Shown in pieces: positions 45,026-58,752 of a stretch of 64,000 bases of DNA. Location of the stretch: NCBI GenBank assembly GCA_964016885.1, contig OZ024751.1, positions 24,862,001 through 24,926,000 of the forward strand. The letters run 5' to 3'. The notes under the pieces are model-generated. The model was not told where the DNA came from, did not search any database, and saw nothing but the letters and a program-made list of their open reading frames with translations. Made by a program: the position numbers and the translations under genes. This stretch comes from Eledone cirrhosa. Lineage: Eukaryota. Positions within the stretch are counted from its first letter, which is position 1, and each line of letters starts with the position of its first letter.

Positions 45026-46274
45026 TATTTTACGACCACTTCCCTCTCCTGTAGACATGGGTTGTATAGATTAGCCTGTCGGAGAAACGTCATCTTATAG
45101 TTTCATATTTGTCATGGTTTCTATGGCTGGCTGGATACCCTTCCTAACTACAACAATTTTACAGAGTGTACTGGGTGTATTTTATCATGCTGCCAGCATA
45201 TACATATATATATATGAAATAAGTTCTATTGGTAACATAAAACCTAGCATAACCTCTTGTATGTTTGGATCATTAAGTTTCTCTTGTTTATTATTTTTAT
45301 TATTATTATTATTAGTAGTAGTATTAGGGCGGTGGATTGGCAGTATCAGTAGAGCGCCAGAAAACTTGATTTGTTTGATAGTTACGTCCCCTTACATTCT
45401 AAGCTCAAATCCTACTGGGGTTAGTTTTGAGTTGATTTAATCGATTTTCCTTTCCCCAAAAATTGTTGGCCTTGTGCCTAAATCAGAAACCATTATTATT
45501 CAGTATTGGTAGAGCGTCAGCCACCATGCTTTGCAGCATAGAGTTATGGCCTTTTATGTTCTGAGTTCAAATCCCACCGTGGTTGCCTGAGGGAGTCCTA
45601 TATCTATATGCTGTCACTTCATTACTAAGTACAGTATATTTTGCAGGTTCTCCATATATCTTACATATCTGTTCTTTCCTCTGTCCTTTAGTTTCTCTCT
45701 TTCTCTCATCTACCTTTCCCTTTTGTTCAAATCCACATCCACTTCTCTCTCTTCATTTTACCCACCATCACCATCACCACCACCACCACCACCATCACCA
45801 TCACCATCACCATGATGATCATCATAGCTCTTTTATTCATCTTCTCTGTCTTCCAACTCTTCCTACATAACTTCAACATTGTCATCCTCATCAAATATTT
45901 ATATGAGGGAGGGGCTACATCAATGTATGTGTGCATATACATTTGTGTATGTGTGTGAGCATATGCATAGGTGTGTGTGTGTGCATGCATATGCATTTGT
46001 GTGTGTGTGAGCGTATGCATTTATATAATTGTGTGTGTGTGTGCAAAAGCATTTATCTATGAGAGGGGGTGTCCAGGTGGTACATTGTTTCGGGGCCCAA
46101 AAGCTAGAGGCCCCACAGCAACCATGTAACATCCATTTTGCGAAAAATCTTTGCCTGCTTCGGGCCTCAAAGGGGTCTTGTACCGCCTTGCAAAATTTCT
46201 CTTGGAGGCCCTGTGCATATTATGCATTTGTGTGTGCATGTTTGTGTGTGTGTGCTATTATAAAGCACCAATGT

Positions 46275-46423
46275 TTAACTTAGAAAAACTGAATTGATTG
46301 GTGGAAGGGGTGTTACTGTGTCATTTGTATAAGTAGGGATCAGATCAGTATCACTGTTTAACATGCTGGTCATAGCCATGCTGAGGAACTCATCATTTCC
46401 TAGGCTTTCTGTGTTCTGTACTA
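46275..46423 (-). CDS. RFX6: RFX6-like transcription factor, last coding exon
   Basis: tttgcag acceptor, phase 1; VVQNTESL...TPLPPINSVFLS*; LPPINSVF matches the C-terminal LPPINTVF recalled for vertebrate RFX6. Confidence 0.85.
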
Positions 46424-46613
46424 CTGCAAAGATAAAGAACATAGAGAATAGATGTAGACATGAATATTCCAATATTTTATTTTTTGAACATGGAAAAGGC
46501 AGAGACATTGATATATATGTAGATAAATAAAAATTGAAAATACACACAGTTTAACACAGGTAAACAGACATACAAATTTACACCACGCTTTAGGAAAATC
46601 AAACAAGAATCAA

Positions 46614-46709
46614 GACGTATCTGAGGACCTTGCGATTTTCAGAGTCAGGTTCGATCATCACATCGATCGTGCCTCGAGCTGGTCGCCAGAGAAACGATTG
46701 TAATATGTC
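46614..46709 (+). ncRNA. Type I minimal hammerhead ribozyme motif
   Basis: GACGTAT-CTGAGGA-[stem II]-GAAAC-GATT-GTA-ATATGTC; 7-bp stem I, GUA site. Confidence 0.75.
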
Positions 46710-47283
46710 CAATAAATTCCATTCGTCGCAACACTGATTCTCCTTTTTTTTTCTGTGAAATCATACTCTGCTCTATGAGAGCATAGAGTGCTCATACGGC
46801 CTACCGCATACGGACGCTTTAAGCATCTAACACCAATTATATATATATATATATTATATATATTATAAACACACATATACGCGCACACACACACAGACAT
46901 ACACATGAGGGAATTTAACTGTATTTACAAAATCTTTTACTACTCCCCGTGATTGAAAAAAAACAACTTTGAGAACTGTTTGACATGACACTATGGCGAC
47001 ACTCTCATTGCATGCCCATATATGGAATTACCCCTTGATAAGTTCAGCCAGGCTACTGCTGTAATAACTGTTTCTACTTTAGGCACAAGGCCAGCAATTA
47101 CCCAGTTCATTACTGGTACTTTATTTTATCGACCCCGTAAGGATGATACCGCGTTAGTTCAGACGTAGCTGTCGAAACGGCCGGAGCTCAGCCATCGGGG
47201 TCCTATCTCTTTTCCTATTACCTACTCTACTACCCAGTATTGAGTACTTTGCTGCGCTATGGTCCACCCTATTACTTACCACA

Positions 47284-47361
<78 letters not shown>

Positions 47362-47689
47362 TGTTTAATGTTAGTTTTCCATGTTAACATGCTGTTAAAG
47401 ATATGAACTCTTTCTCATTCAGTCATTTCCATGACAGAGTATTGGTGTATATGTGTTAGTGTAATATAGTGTTGTAAAAAATGAAAGTGTCTTTTGTGGT
47501 TATGAAAACGGAAAACGAAGGGAAAGGTGAGGCTCTAGGGTCACAGAAGAATGGGGAGGGAGAAGGGAGAGGGTGAAGAGATCTAGGCCTAGGGCGCAGC
47601 AGTGTTGGGGCTGTGCCCCTCGTACAAGACTGCAAAAGCATTCTCGCAGACAATGGCCAGTGACACCCGCTGCAACAACCACCCTACCA

Positions 47690-47890
47690 TAGTGTTGTAT
47701 TGAAGTAGAATAATAAAGTGTTGTTGTATTGTGGTAGAATACTACAGTGTTGTTGTATTGTGGTAGAATAATAAAGTGTTGTTGTATTGTGGTAGAATAC
47801 TACAGTGTTGTTGTATTGTGGTAGAATAATAAAGTGTTGTTGTATTGTGGTAGAATACTACAGTGTTGTTGTATGAAGTGTTGTTGTTAT
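47690..47890. repeat. 29-bp minisatellite (GTGTTGTTGTATTGTGGTAGAATA(CTACA/ATAAA)), about 6 copies
   Basis: Directly visible; abuts the exon donor site. Confidence 0.92.
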
Positions 47891-47892
47891 AC

Positions 47893-48114
47893 CTGGATGT
47901 CTTGTATTGTGACAGGTGACTGGAGAAGCGCTGGCATAGAGATTGGAATTGTCTTCTTTTGATCTGTAGAGTGGTTTATCCAAGATATTTAGTGGATCAT
48001 TTAGTTCTGTTGATGAATAATGTGATGATACAGAGCCTCGATGTTGTATTACTGGTACATGTTCAACCAATGGCTTAGCTATTGGTTGGTTATAGTTGGA
48101 TGAATTGTAATAAT
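47893..48114 (-). CDS. RFX6: RFX6-like exon (222 nt, phase 1-1)
   Basis: ttttcag acceptor, CAG|gtataa donor; DYYNSSNYNQP...HNTRHP open in the expected frame. Confidence 0.85.
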
Positions 48115-48186
48115 CTGAAAAAACAAAACAAAACAAAGAATTAACCTACTAGGTTCTTAGCTGAATCATAAAATCAATAAATGTAA

Positions 48187-48405
48187 CCCTTTAATATTTA
48201 AACCAGCCATATCCGGCCAGAATTCTCTCTCCTCTTTCTATTCAAACCGGCCATAACCGGCTGCTCATACTGATGTTAAGGTATTGTACTCAAAATAATA
48301 ATATCAAATCTCATAGATTTGATATTATGTGAGATAATAATGTGTGGTAAAGCTTTTATCACGAAAATACAATAGTAAATATAGAATAATGTAAACGCCA
48401 AAGGG
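48187..48405. mobile_element. piggyBac-type MITE, second copy
   Basis: CCCTTT...AAAGGG|TTAA termini; colinear with 10934-11141. Confidence 0.85.
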
Positions 48406-48989
48406 TTAAACATCTGCATAATTTTGTGTGGAATGGATAGAGGAGGGTTATGACTTATGTTTTGGAAAATATTTTCTTTTAAAATTCAGAAAAAAATGTA
48501 AATCTCTTAACGTCCTCTTTCACATGAAGCTGCACAACATACTATAAGGGAGAAATCCTTATTTTCCTGAGTGACACTAGGCCTCCTCCAAAACATTGTT
48601 ATACATAGGGTTCTTTTACATTAATTATCATTGATGATAATTAATTTTCTACTCACCTCATTATCAATGGGGGGGGGGGGGATTTAGTTGTTTAATACAC
48701 ATACTCACACACGTTCTCCTTACACACATGTGTGAACAACATATTACATTAACTTGTTGTTGTTTTATTTAGCATGCCAATGATTCTTGAATAATTTTGA
48801 AAATAAGCAAGAATTTGGAGATATTTAGATATATGACTAACATTCTCATTGTTGAGCTGGTGTTTGGAATGTAACTTAACAAAAGTGTTTTCATCAAATT
48901 ATGCTGGAAGGTTTTTATATCACCATTCAGTAATCAGAAGAAGGAAGTAGGTATAAAAGACAAACTCACTCTCCAATTTGGTATTTGTG

Positions 48990-49440
48990 CCAACCCTTAC
49001 CCATGGTCAGGAATCTTGGGTAATGACAGAAAGAATATGATCTCGAATACAAGTGGTCGAAATGGGATTTCTCCAAAGGGTCTTTGGAATAATGTTACTC
49101 GATAGAGGGTGTAGCTCAGAGGTGGGAGGGTTTCTCCTGGTAGAGCCACTACTTCTCTGAATTGAGAGATCACAGTTTCGATACTATGGGCATGTGGTTA
49201 GAATGTCTCAGGAAAGAATCTGTGGACAGATTTTACAGGCAAAACCAACCGGCAGGAGACCCAGGGGTAGACTCCGAGCAAGATGGTTGGATAACATCCA
49301 TGAGCCTGGCTGGTCTTGCTTAGGGATCCAGATGGATCAGTTGGAGATGGGTGCTTTTGTCAGTACCCTCTGGAAGGCGGAGTGTTTGAGGACTCTTCCC
49401 CCATAAGCCTCTCAGGAATAAGTAGGCAAAGAAGAAGATT
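48990..49440 (+). mobile_element. RTE-like LINE 3' fragment
   Basis: RYYGHVVRMSQER...PTGRRPRGR.RARWLD; (AAG)n tail. Confidence 0.8.
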
Positions 49441-49515
49441 TTTATATAATAGGATCACGGGCAGAGTTAAATCCTTTGGAATCAAATGAGTTAAATATAT
49501 TATATTAAGATGTCA

Positions 49516-49698
49516 GTGGATTGGCAGTATCGGTAGAGGGTCGGACGCCATGCTTTCCAGCATAGTTACGTCCCTTTACGATCTGAGTTCAAATCCCGCC
49601 GAGGTTGACTGCCTTTCATCCTTACGGGATCGATAAAATAAAGTACCAGTAATGCACTGGGTAATTGCTGGCCTTGTGCCTAAAGTAGAAACAATTAT
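49516..49698 (+). mobile_element. SINE family A, young copy
   Basis: Nearly identical to the reverse complement of 61527-61699. Confidence 0.9.
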
Positions 49699-49835
49699 AT
49701 TAAGATGTCAGTATTGGGGTATGGGCTAAAACCAATTTAATTAAGACATTTTTTGCTGATTTTGAACAGATTATATTCAAACAAATAAAATTAAGGATGT
49801 GGGTTAAAAATGGATAAAAAAATATATTTACTCAC

Positions 49836-50210
49836 CGGAAGTGGAATATGCTGATTGCTGGGGGAAATTTGGATTTATCTGAACAACGTTGAATGCACTA
49901 CCACTCTGATTATGCATTGGGGATTGGATATAGCCATTTTGATTGGCTGGTAGTGTTGTGTAGGAGGGTACAGGACTGTAGTAATTGTCTGTACATGGAT
50001 ATTGGTGCTGTGTTTGAGACAAAGATTCTGTGGCATAAGGGTAGCCACATGGAATGTCCAGCTTTTCTGTTTGTTTGGTTGGGTAGGAAGTTGTGCTAGG
50101 AGAGTAGTGATGGGATGACCGGAAGACCGTAGGGTTGCAATAAGGTCCTGTGTTGTAGTTATTTAGATATGTGTTGCTATGAGAATTATACTGGTTGTCA
50201 TGGTGATTAG
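49836..50210 (-). CDS. RFX6: RFX6-like exon (375 nt, phase 1-1)
   Basis: tttaccag acceptor, CCG|gtgagt donor; PNHHDNQY...QQSAYSTS with no stop codon. Confidence 0.88.
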
Positions 50211-50433
50211 CTGGTAAATAAAAAAAAAAAGAATCGTTTTAAAGATTTGAAAATGAAATTGTTATATGTACTGATAATTATGTGTATATGTATGGAAACT
50301 ATAAGTTAATCAGAAACATCAACGCTGGATGAGTTGCATAACGGAGAGTGCTTTTCCTACTATCACATTATGGTTAACTAAATGGAATGACCAGTTCTAT
50401 CCAGTGGCGAACCACTAAACATAAATCAATATT

Positions 50434-50480
<47 letters not shown>

Positions 50481-50893
50481 CTAATTTATCTGGCAATCAA
50501 TGTTTATCATTGATTGACCAATGGTTAAAAATACAGATATAAATATATATATATAGTCTATCAAAGTTCTTTCATCACACATCTGTGACATCATCAGGGG
50601 TACTATTATGTTTCCTCCAGTTGTATTGTAATGCGTAGGCATTACAATACAACGGGAGGAAACTGATATTGTTATATTTGGGGATGGGCATTTTGCCAAT
50701 AAAAACACATGGACTAAACAATTCTTATTTCAGCTTTATTTGTAGTTATTGTTTAGTGACAAACTAACTAATAACTACTAATATAGCTAAAGTGAAAATC
50801 ATTAAGTCCATGTGTTTTTATTGGCAAAATTACTATCTCAAAATTAAACAATATAACAATATCTCTCTCTATATAATAAATAAATAAATAAAT

Positions 50894-51167
<274 letters not shown>

Positions 51168-51420
51168 CTTCTTTGTCTGTCATTTGCTTTCTTATTTCTG
51201 TTTGCCTTCTGGAAACACTTCTTGCATAACTACAAAGCTCCGGATTGATAAACAGCAACATTCTAATTTTCTAATCAACTCGAACATTTTATCACGGGCA
51301 TTCGCAGTTATCTCCCTTACACATTTTGCCCGTGGTTTTGAATCGCTTGGGTGAAGTGACCGTTTCTGCGCATGCGTGTTCATACGGTTGTTCTTCCTGT
51401 TCCGTATAACCATTACCAGT

Positions 51421-51460
51421 CCGAGCTGAAGATCCGCATAAGATGAAACAATTGTTCTCC
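51421..51460 (+). ncRNA. Minimal hammerhead-like motif
   Basis: GAG-CTGAAGA-TCCGCATAAGAT-GAAAC-AATT-GTT-CTC. Confidence 0.6.
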
Positions 51461-51484
51461 GTATGGTGAACTAACTGTTGTGTT

Positions 51485-51699
<215 letters not shown>

Positions 51700-51949
51700 G
51701 AGGTTATATTTAATTTGTTGGGATACAACAAGCTTAAAAGTATTTTTATAACTGATATAAAGCATTCAACAAATTATTGGAGTAAATATACAATATATTA
51801 ACAAATGGAAACTATATTTATAAAACTATATTTATTTTATTATACATATTTCAAGGGCCACCAAGGCAAATTATGGTGCGCTTTCATCAGATAAAATACA
51901 ATACAGATTAGTTTTATAAATAAATATTGACATACTCTGAAAAAAAACA

Positions 51950-52008
<59 letters not shown>

Positions 52009-52095
52009 GTTATACTTGGGGAGGGTCATATTTGTTTAATATTGCCACAATTAATAACAGAATGTCAAAAACCTCGCAAAACTAATTCATCGCCG

Positions 52096-52179
<84 letters not shown>

Positions 52180-52182
<3 letters not shown>

Positions 52183-52365
52183 AACCAGTAAGACCCCGAC
52201 AGCTGAGCTCAAGCCGTTTCGACGGCTAATTCGAGAATTAGCCGTCGAAACGGCTTGAGCTCAGCTGTCGGGGTCTTACTGGTTCCTATTACCCACTCTA
52301 CTACCTCAAGTATTGAGTACTTTGGTGCGTTATGGTCCACCTGGTTCCTTACCACATTTCCTTCG

Positions 52366-52366
<1 letters not shown>
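52180..52366. repeat. Family B copy with perfect palindrome 52180-52287
   Basis: About 53-bp arms around a 2-nt centre; (TA)n on both sides. Confidence 0.92.
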
Positions 52367-52402
<36 letters not shown>

Positions 52403-52726
52403 AATATAATTTCAGCGAGATCGTATTTCGGCGGGGGCCAAAAACAAAACGAAACGCAATCCTCGAGATATGCGGCAGGCGCTCAATGGACTAAAAGAAG
52501 ACCAGAGCAATTAACATACGTTATAAAGGTCAGATAAAATGAAAACAGTGGTCGTGAAGCCATCAGCCATCGGAGCCAAAAAAAAACGAAGCAAGCTAAA
52601 CAGGTTGTATGTGTTTATACATATGTATGTGTTTATACTCTGTGATAGAGAGACGGGAGTGAACGAGAGTGAGAGAAAGAAAGAATTAGAGAGAGGGGAG
52701 GTAAGAGAGAAAGTGATAATACTTAC

Positions 52727-52880
52727 GATAGTAATAAGCTGAGGATGCAGTGGCTGCTATGGAAGGAGGTGTGGTACCAGTACATGGAATATGATTGGTT
52801 GGAGGATTAATAACACTTGGTCTGAGTGAGATTCTAGGAGACATTGGTGGTGTCGCAACATGGCCTCCACCATTTAAAGC
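52727..52880 (-). CDS. RFX6: RFX6-like exon (154 nt, phase 0-1)
   Basis: aaacag acceptor, TATC|gtaagt donor; ALNGGGHVATPPMSP...SSAYYY. Confidence 0.88.
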
Positions 52881-52949
52881 CTGTTTAATATAAAGAGAAA
52901 TTCTCAAATTGAAAACTTTTCAAAATATTCATTTCACTAAGCATATTTC

Positions 52950-53023
<74 letters not shown>

Positions 53024-53139
53024 CATCATCATATGCGGCATAATGTATATTTGAGTGTATGATAGGTGTAGAGGAAGTAGTTTTCGGAGGAAGTGTAGTG
53101 GCGGAATTTATGGGTTCTTTGTCCTTCTTTTCGACTTCG

Positions 53140-53510
53140 TGGCATGTAGTTACGCCCCTTTACAGTCTGAGTTTAAATTCCACCGAGGTTAGCTTTGCCT
53201 TTTACCCTTACGGGGTCAATAAAATAAAGTACCAGTAATGAACTGGTTTCGATTTGATCTACTTTTCCCCTTCCCTCAAATTGTTGGCCTTGTGCCTAAA
53301 TCAGAATCCATTATAAATGTGGATCAGCAGAATCGGTAGAGTGTAGGACAAACAGGCTTTGTGGCATATAGTTACGTCCCTTTACGTTCTGATTTCAAAT
53401 CCCGTCCTGGTTAGCTTTGCCCTTCATCCATACAGACTCGATAAAATAAAGTACCAGTAATGCACTGGGGTTAATTGCTGGCTTTGTGCCAAAAATAGAA
53501 ACCATTATTA
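53140..53510 (+). mobile_element. Two tandem SINE family A copies
   Basis: B-box and central block each present twice. Confidence 0.85.
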
Positions 53511-54117
53511 ATTTAGTGCTGTTTGTACATTTTAGTTTTAATTTTAATTTATTTCGTCTCTGTTAATGTCTTAGTTCGAATGGTGAGTCTATCGTATTTA
53601 GTCACTATATTTCAATTGTAACGTTGCTTTCCTTAATTTCGTTTTATTGTTGGTTCTCAATTTAAAGATGTTTTCCGAACCATGTTTTTTTTTGTTAGTT
53701 TTATGGATTAATTACCTCAAGTTTCAGTTAATTTTAGTTTAACTTTATTTTCTTTGTGGATAGTGGATTTTGGTGACGCATGTACGACAGCAATCGAGTA
53801 TGATGGTTGATGGTTGTGTGTTTATGGTATGGTAGTTTCACGATTATGTGCTCTGCAGAATATATGCTTTTAAGTTATACAGCAACCACAACCTTTGGCA
53901 GAAACTGGATATTGAGGGCTATTGTGGCTTGATGAAGTTTGTTTTCCTAATACAAGTATAGGTTTTTTTTTTATTATTACATTACAGCCTTTTGGGGTAT
54001 TCCAATCACTAATCCCTGTACAGAGTGTGCTTGTTGTGTTTCATCGTGGCACCAGCACTAGAGAGGTTGACGTGCCCTTGACACGACTGATCATTATATA
54101 TAATGGAATATATTAAA

Positions 54118-54319
54118 TACGTGGGTCGAGTGAAAAGTTCATAGACTGACTATGAAGGAGTGATGTTAGAGCTGTGAAATCTTGCGTGCATTAATTTCAA
54201 CTCGTCTTATTAATAACGGCATTGTTTCTTTCCAGGAACTATGCTGAAACATAAACCTCATTTGGTAATTCCATGAGAGTATCTTGGTCAGCCTATCAAC
54301 TTTTCAGCCGACCCTCTTA
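54118..54319. mobile_element. Mariner-type MITE
   Basis: TA-flanked, about 30-bp TIRs CGTGGGTCGAGTGAAAAGTTCATAGACTGAC / GTCAGCCTATCAACTTTTCAGCCGACCCTCT. Confidence 0.85.
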
Positions 54320-54979
54320 CACTGAGAAAGGTTTCTTTCGCTGGTTCTCACTACTGGTGGACGTGAATTTCTATTCTATTCCACCAATATTTCTATGTCC
54401 TAATCGGTTCAATCGTTTCACCAGCCATTTACGAACATATCAAACACTATATATCATATAACTGAAATCATAGTCAATATCGATCACCCATGGACGAACG
54501 CACATTTTCTGTTCAATAAACCAAGAATACCCCATATTTAATTTTCAAATATGGCCATGGAAAGCCAATAATCTTTAGTGTCTTGTGTGAAAGTTCATGT
54601 CTAGACCTATGACCCCAGGAGGGGAGTGGTTCTTGGGTGAGAAAGGGAAGAGATATATTAATATAATAATATAATTTATGTGAAAGTTGAAAGGTTGGAG
54701 GTTAACACAGAATCTAATTAGTTTAAAGCTTGGATAAGTAATAAAGTTTATTAAATTATATTTCAGATGAATTTAGAGTAGAAGGAGATTCTAACGGAGA
54801 GGTCCTCTGAAAGGTACACATATGTGTGTGTAGATAGATAGATACACACACCCCACACACACTTTCATACATACTCACATATACATTCATGCACACACCT
54901 CTACATCCACTTTCTCACACACACACACTCCTCTTCAACAGTCAGAAACACACTTCTCCCCCACACTCAGAAACACACA

Positions 54980-55061
<82 letters not shown>

Positions 55062-55232
55062 TGAAGTGAATAAGCCACCTTTCTACTTAGAAAATAATTT
55101 CTATACTCTACCCACCAGTATTGAGTACTCATCCAGTTAAAATTTAAAGGATTTAAATATTGTGGTATTCTAACACACACACATACGCACACATAATGCA
55201 CACACACATTCACACACACACACACACACACA

Positions 55233-55306
<74 letters not shown>

Positions 55307-55864
55307 TTAAGTGACTAAGCTGAAACTTCGAAGACACTGCCATTTTTCTACTTAGGAAATAAATCTTTGTACTCTACCCACGAATGCGCATTCAATCAAT
55401 ACTTGAATGTTTAAATACTCTGGTACTTTAAACATGCATTCCAATATACCGAAATTAAAAACAAACACGCCTACTGGTAGAAAATTGCTGATGTCTCTGA
55501 GGCCCTACCTCCCACGGACTTCTCCTTGATAATGGATGGTAATTCCGAAATATTTGGGGACTAATAAATTGCTAAGATAACTTTCAGTCATTCTTCCTTT
55601 TTTTTTTTCTTTTACTTCTTCTCCAACTTTTTGTTTTCCACCTTATCTCTTTCAATTCCCTTCCGATTTGTTACCTTGGCAGCGTACATTTCTCTAAACA
55701 TCCATACCCACTTTTAATTTTCATATTTTACAATGCTTCAAGTAAACTATCTTTCCTTTGGTTAATCTGTGCCTTATTTAACATATTTCTATATTTATTT
55801 TCATAAGCTGCTCTAAATTAGATTCAAAGCAGTCTTGTTTATTGAGATGTAAAGTATATTACTG

Positions 55865-55967
<103 letters not shown>

Positions 55968-56235
55968 AGAGATTAGAGCAAACATCACGGACGCTCTATC
56001 TCAAAATTATTTTTGAAAAGCATTTAGAAATGCGCAACCGGTAAAACTTAAAACCAAAACTGAATACTAACAAATACTATTACTAATTTTTACTTATTCC
56101 TAATTAAACTATTTTTCACTGGGAACAATTTGTCAGCATTTTCTTTTCCTTTTACCAATATATATATATATATATATATAGAAAAAAAGATGAAATCGAA
56201 AATGGAACTGGAGTCTTATTTAAAAATATATATAT

Positions 56236-56324
56236 ATATTTATTTGGTTCCTTTACCGGTATCGCAGTTCTTCTGCTTTTCAAAAGTAGAGTTGAGATGG
56301 AGGGTCTGTGGTTTTTCTCACATC

Positions 56325-56355
<31 letters not shown>

Positions 56356-56440
56356 TTATTTGGTTCCTTTATCGGTATCGCAGTTCTTCTGCTTTTCAAA
56401 AGTAGAGTTGAGATGGAGGGTCTGTGGTTTTTCTCACATC

Positions 56441-56455
<15 letters not shown>
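56236..56455. repeat. Recent 116-bp tandem duplication
   Basis: Two near-identical units, each bounded by (TA)n. Confidence 0.92.
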
Positions 56456-56500
<45 letters not shown>

Positions 56501-56599
56501 TGTGTGCGTGTGTATTTATTTATATATATTTGTATATGTGTATATATATGTATATATATATATATGTATACATGTGTATATATATATATATATATATAC

Positions 56600-56755
<156 letters not shown>

Positions 56756-56856
56756 ATATACGATATAGAAAGGTACGTACGTACACACACGCACACTCAC
56801 TCACACACACACACATACAGGCATACAAGTAGATAGTGACATAAATAGATAGTTAC

Positions 56857-57089
56857 TTGTGTCATGGCATTTAAATCATTCAAATGGTTTGACATGGTGA
56901 AAGGTTCTCTGACTTCTGAAGTGGACATACTCTCAAAAGTATCGATATCTGTCATTTGATCTGTCATATCCAAGAACCGATGTTCCTGCTTGATCGACGA
57001 GAAATGTTTCGGTGTGCTGACGTTTCGGTTGGCAAGAAAGCAGGTACCTGGAGCGTTGGAGGAGAAATTTTGCCGGACACCTTTGTCAT
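56857..57089 (-). CDS. RFX6: RFX6-like exon (233 nt, phase 1-0)
   Basis: tttcacag acceptor, CAA|gtaact donor; DDKGVRQNFSSNAPGTCFLANRN...LNAMTQ. Confidence 0.88.
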
Positions 57090-57135
57090 CTGTGAAATAC
57101 ATAGATATAACATGTTAAAATATATATATAACTAT

Positions 57136-57352
57136 TGTGGATTGGCAGTATCGGTAGAGGGTCGGACGCCATGCTTTGACGCATAGAGTTACGGCCCTTG
57201 CCATTCTGAGTTCAAATCCCGCCGAGGTTAACTTTGCCTTTCATCCTTACAGGTTCGATAAAATAAAGTACCAGTAACGCACTGAGGTCGATTAATGGAC
57301 TTTCCCCTTCCCCCAAACTTGTTTGCCTTGTGCCTAAAGTAGAAGCCATTAT
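57136..57352 (+). mobile_element. SINE family A
   Basis: Near full-length copy; an inverted partial copy lies at 57505-57602. Confidence 0.88.
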
Positions 57353-58752
57353 CATTAGTATTTTTATTTTTACATATTACTTTACCAGTTACCTACCACT
57401 TACTGTTTACTATTTACTTAAATATAATTTACTAACTTGTCTACGTCAACAGTGAAAAAGAAAAGAAAAATACTTGATTGAAATGCCATGAAATTTTTCC
57501 CCTATCAGTGGCATACTTAATTGAAACGTAAATCAGAACGTAAAGGGCTGTAACTCTACGCCGCTAAGCATGTTGTCGGACCGATTCTGCTAATCCACCG
57601 TCCGAATAATGAAGACATCATAAAGTGCAGTATAAAGTGTTATAAAATAGTTTAGGGGTGAGGCCCAAGAATAAAGTCGTTTTGAATGTCACATTGACTT
57701 ATTTTAAAAAGATTTTTGGCGGTTACTCAGGAAAAATAGAATCTCTTTTGCGAGTTCAATACCCAAAATATATTTATTTAGCTTGTAATTTAGCATCCGA
57801 AGACCCGGGGCTTAGCCTATCGCAAATTTCGGGTAATGGCTTAAGCCAAGATCTTTTCAACATCACACTCCTGCAACCCACCATGTAGATAGGATCAGAG
57901 TACTCTACGAACCTGACTTCGTTTTGCACCGACCACCCATTTGAAAACCGGGTACACCGAAACATCAGCGAGATGTTCTAATAACCACATCAATCATATT
58001 AATCAACCATAAAACTAATACGCAGCTATTGAAAATGGAAAGAAAATAAAAAAATAAAACTCAAACAACAAAACAAGACGAAAGAAACAAAGCTCCCCCT
58101 CCCCATACAGCAACATATTTGGTGCTGTCTTTTCATAACTTCAAGATAACGAACAATACGGGTGGGTGTTAGTAGTAGTGGGGTGGTGTTAATGGAAGTA
58201 GTATATGACACTCAGTATCATAAATTATACGCACCAAAGCTGACATATTAATACAACCATCTCCTACCCATGTCAGTATGAACAAACTGAAACTCTTCCT
58301 CTATTGTGGATATGTTGTCCTTCATGACTAAGAGATTATGCTTTATCTTTTTTTATTTACTCTTTACTCAGAAAGGGAAGGGCAACGCCTAGAAGCATTC
58401 TCAGGGAATCCGGGACCGGTGGGAGAAAGTGGGGAATGTAACCTGAAATTATTGACTCGTCCCAAAAGCTTGCAACAAAGAGGACTCAGCTAAAGATATG
58501 GTCAAGTGGTTTTATTAAACTGGGTGACGGTTCAACACCATCAAAGATCACACTCACTCTCCACTGCATACCACATTTCAACCTTAATTGGTTTGTATTT
58601 CGGAATTGTCTCCCTTCCCTTTCATGAGCAGAATTGCTTATTAAGCTTACTGGAAATGATTTTAATTAATTAAACATTATTTTGCTCACTAATTGATTAA
58701 TGTTATCCCATTCATCACAGCTTCAATTTTACCTCCTTCCTATCTTGGGAAC

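Noticed and set aside
45763-45825. Poly-His coding stretch
   Set aside because: (CAC/CAT)n microsatellite in the presumed RFX6 3'UTR region, with no splice context
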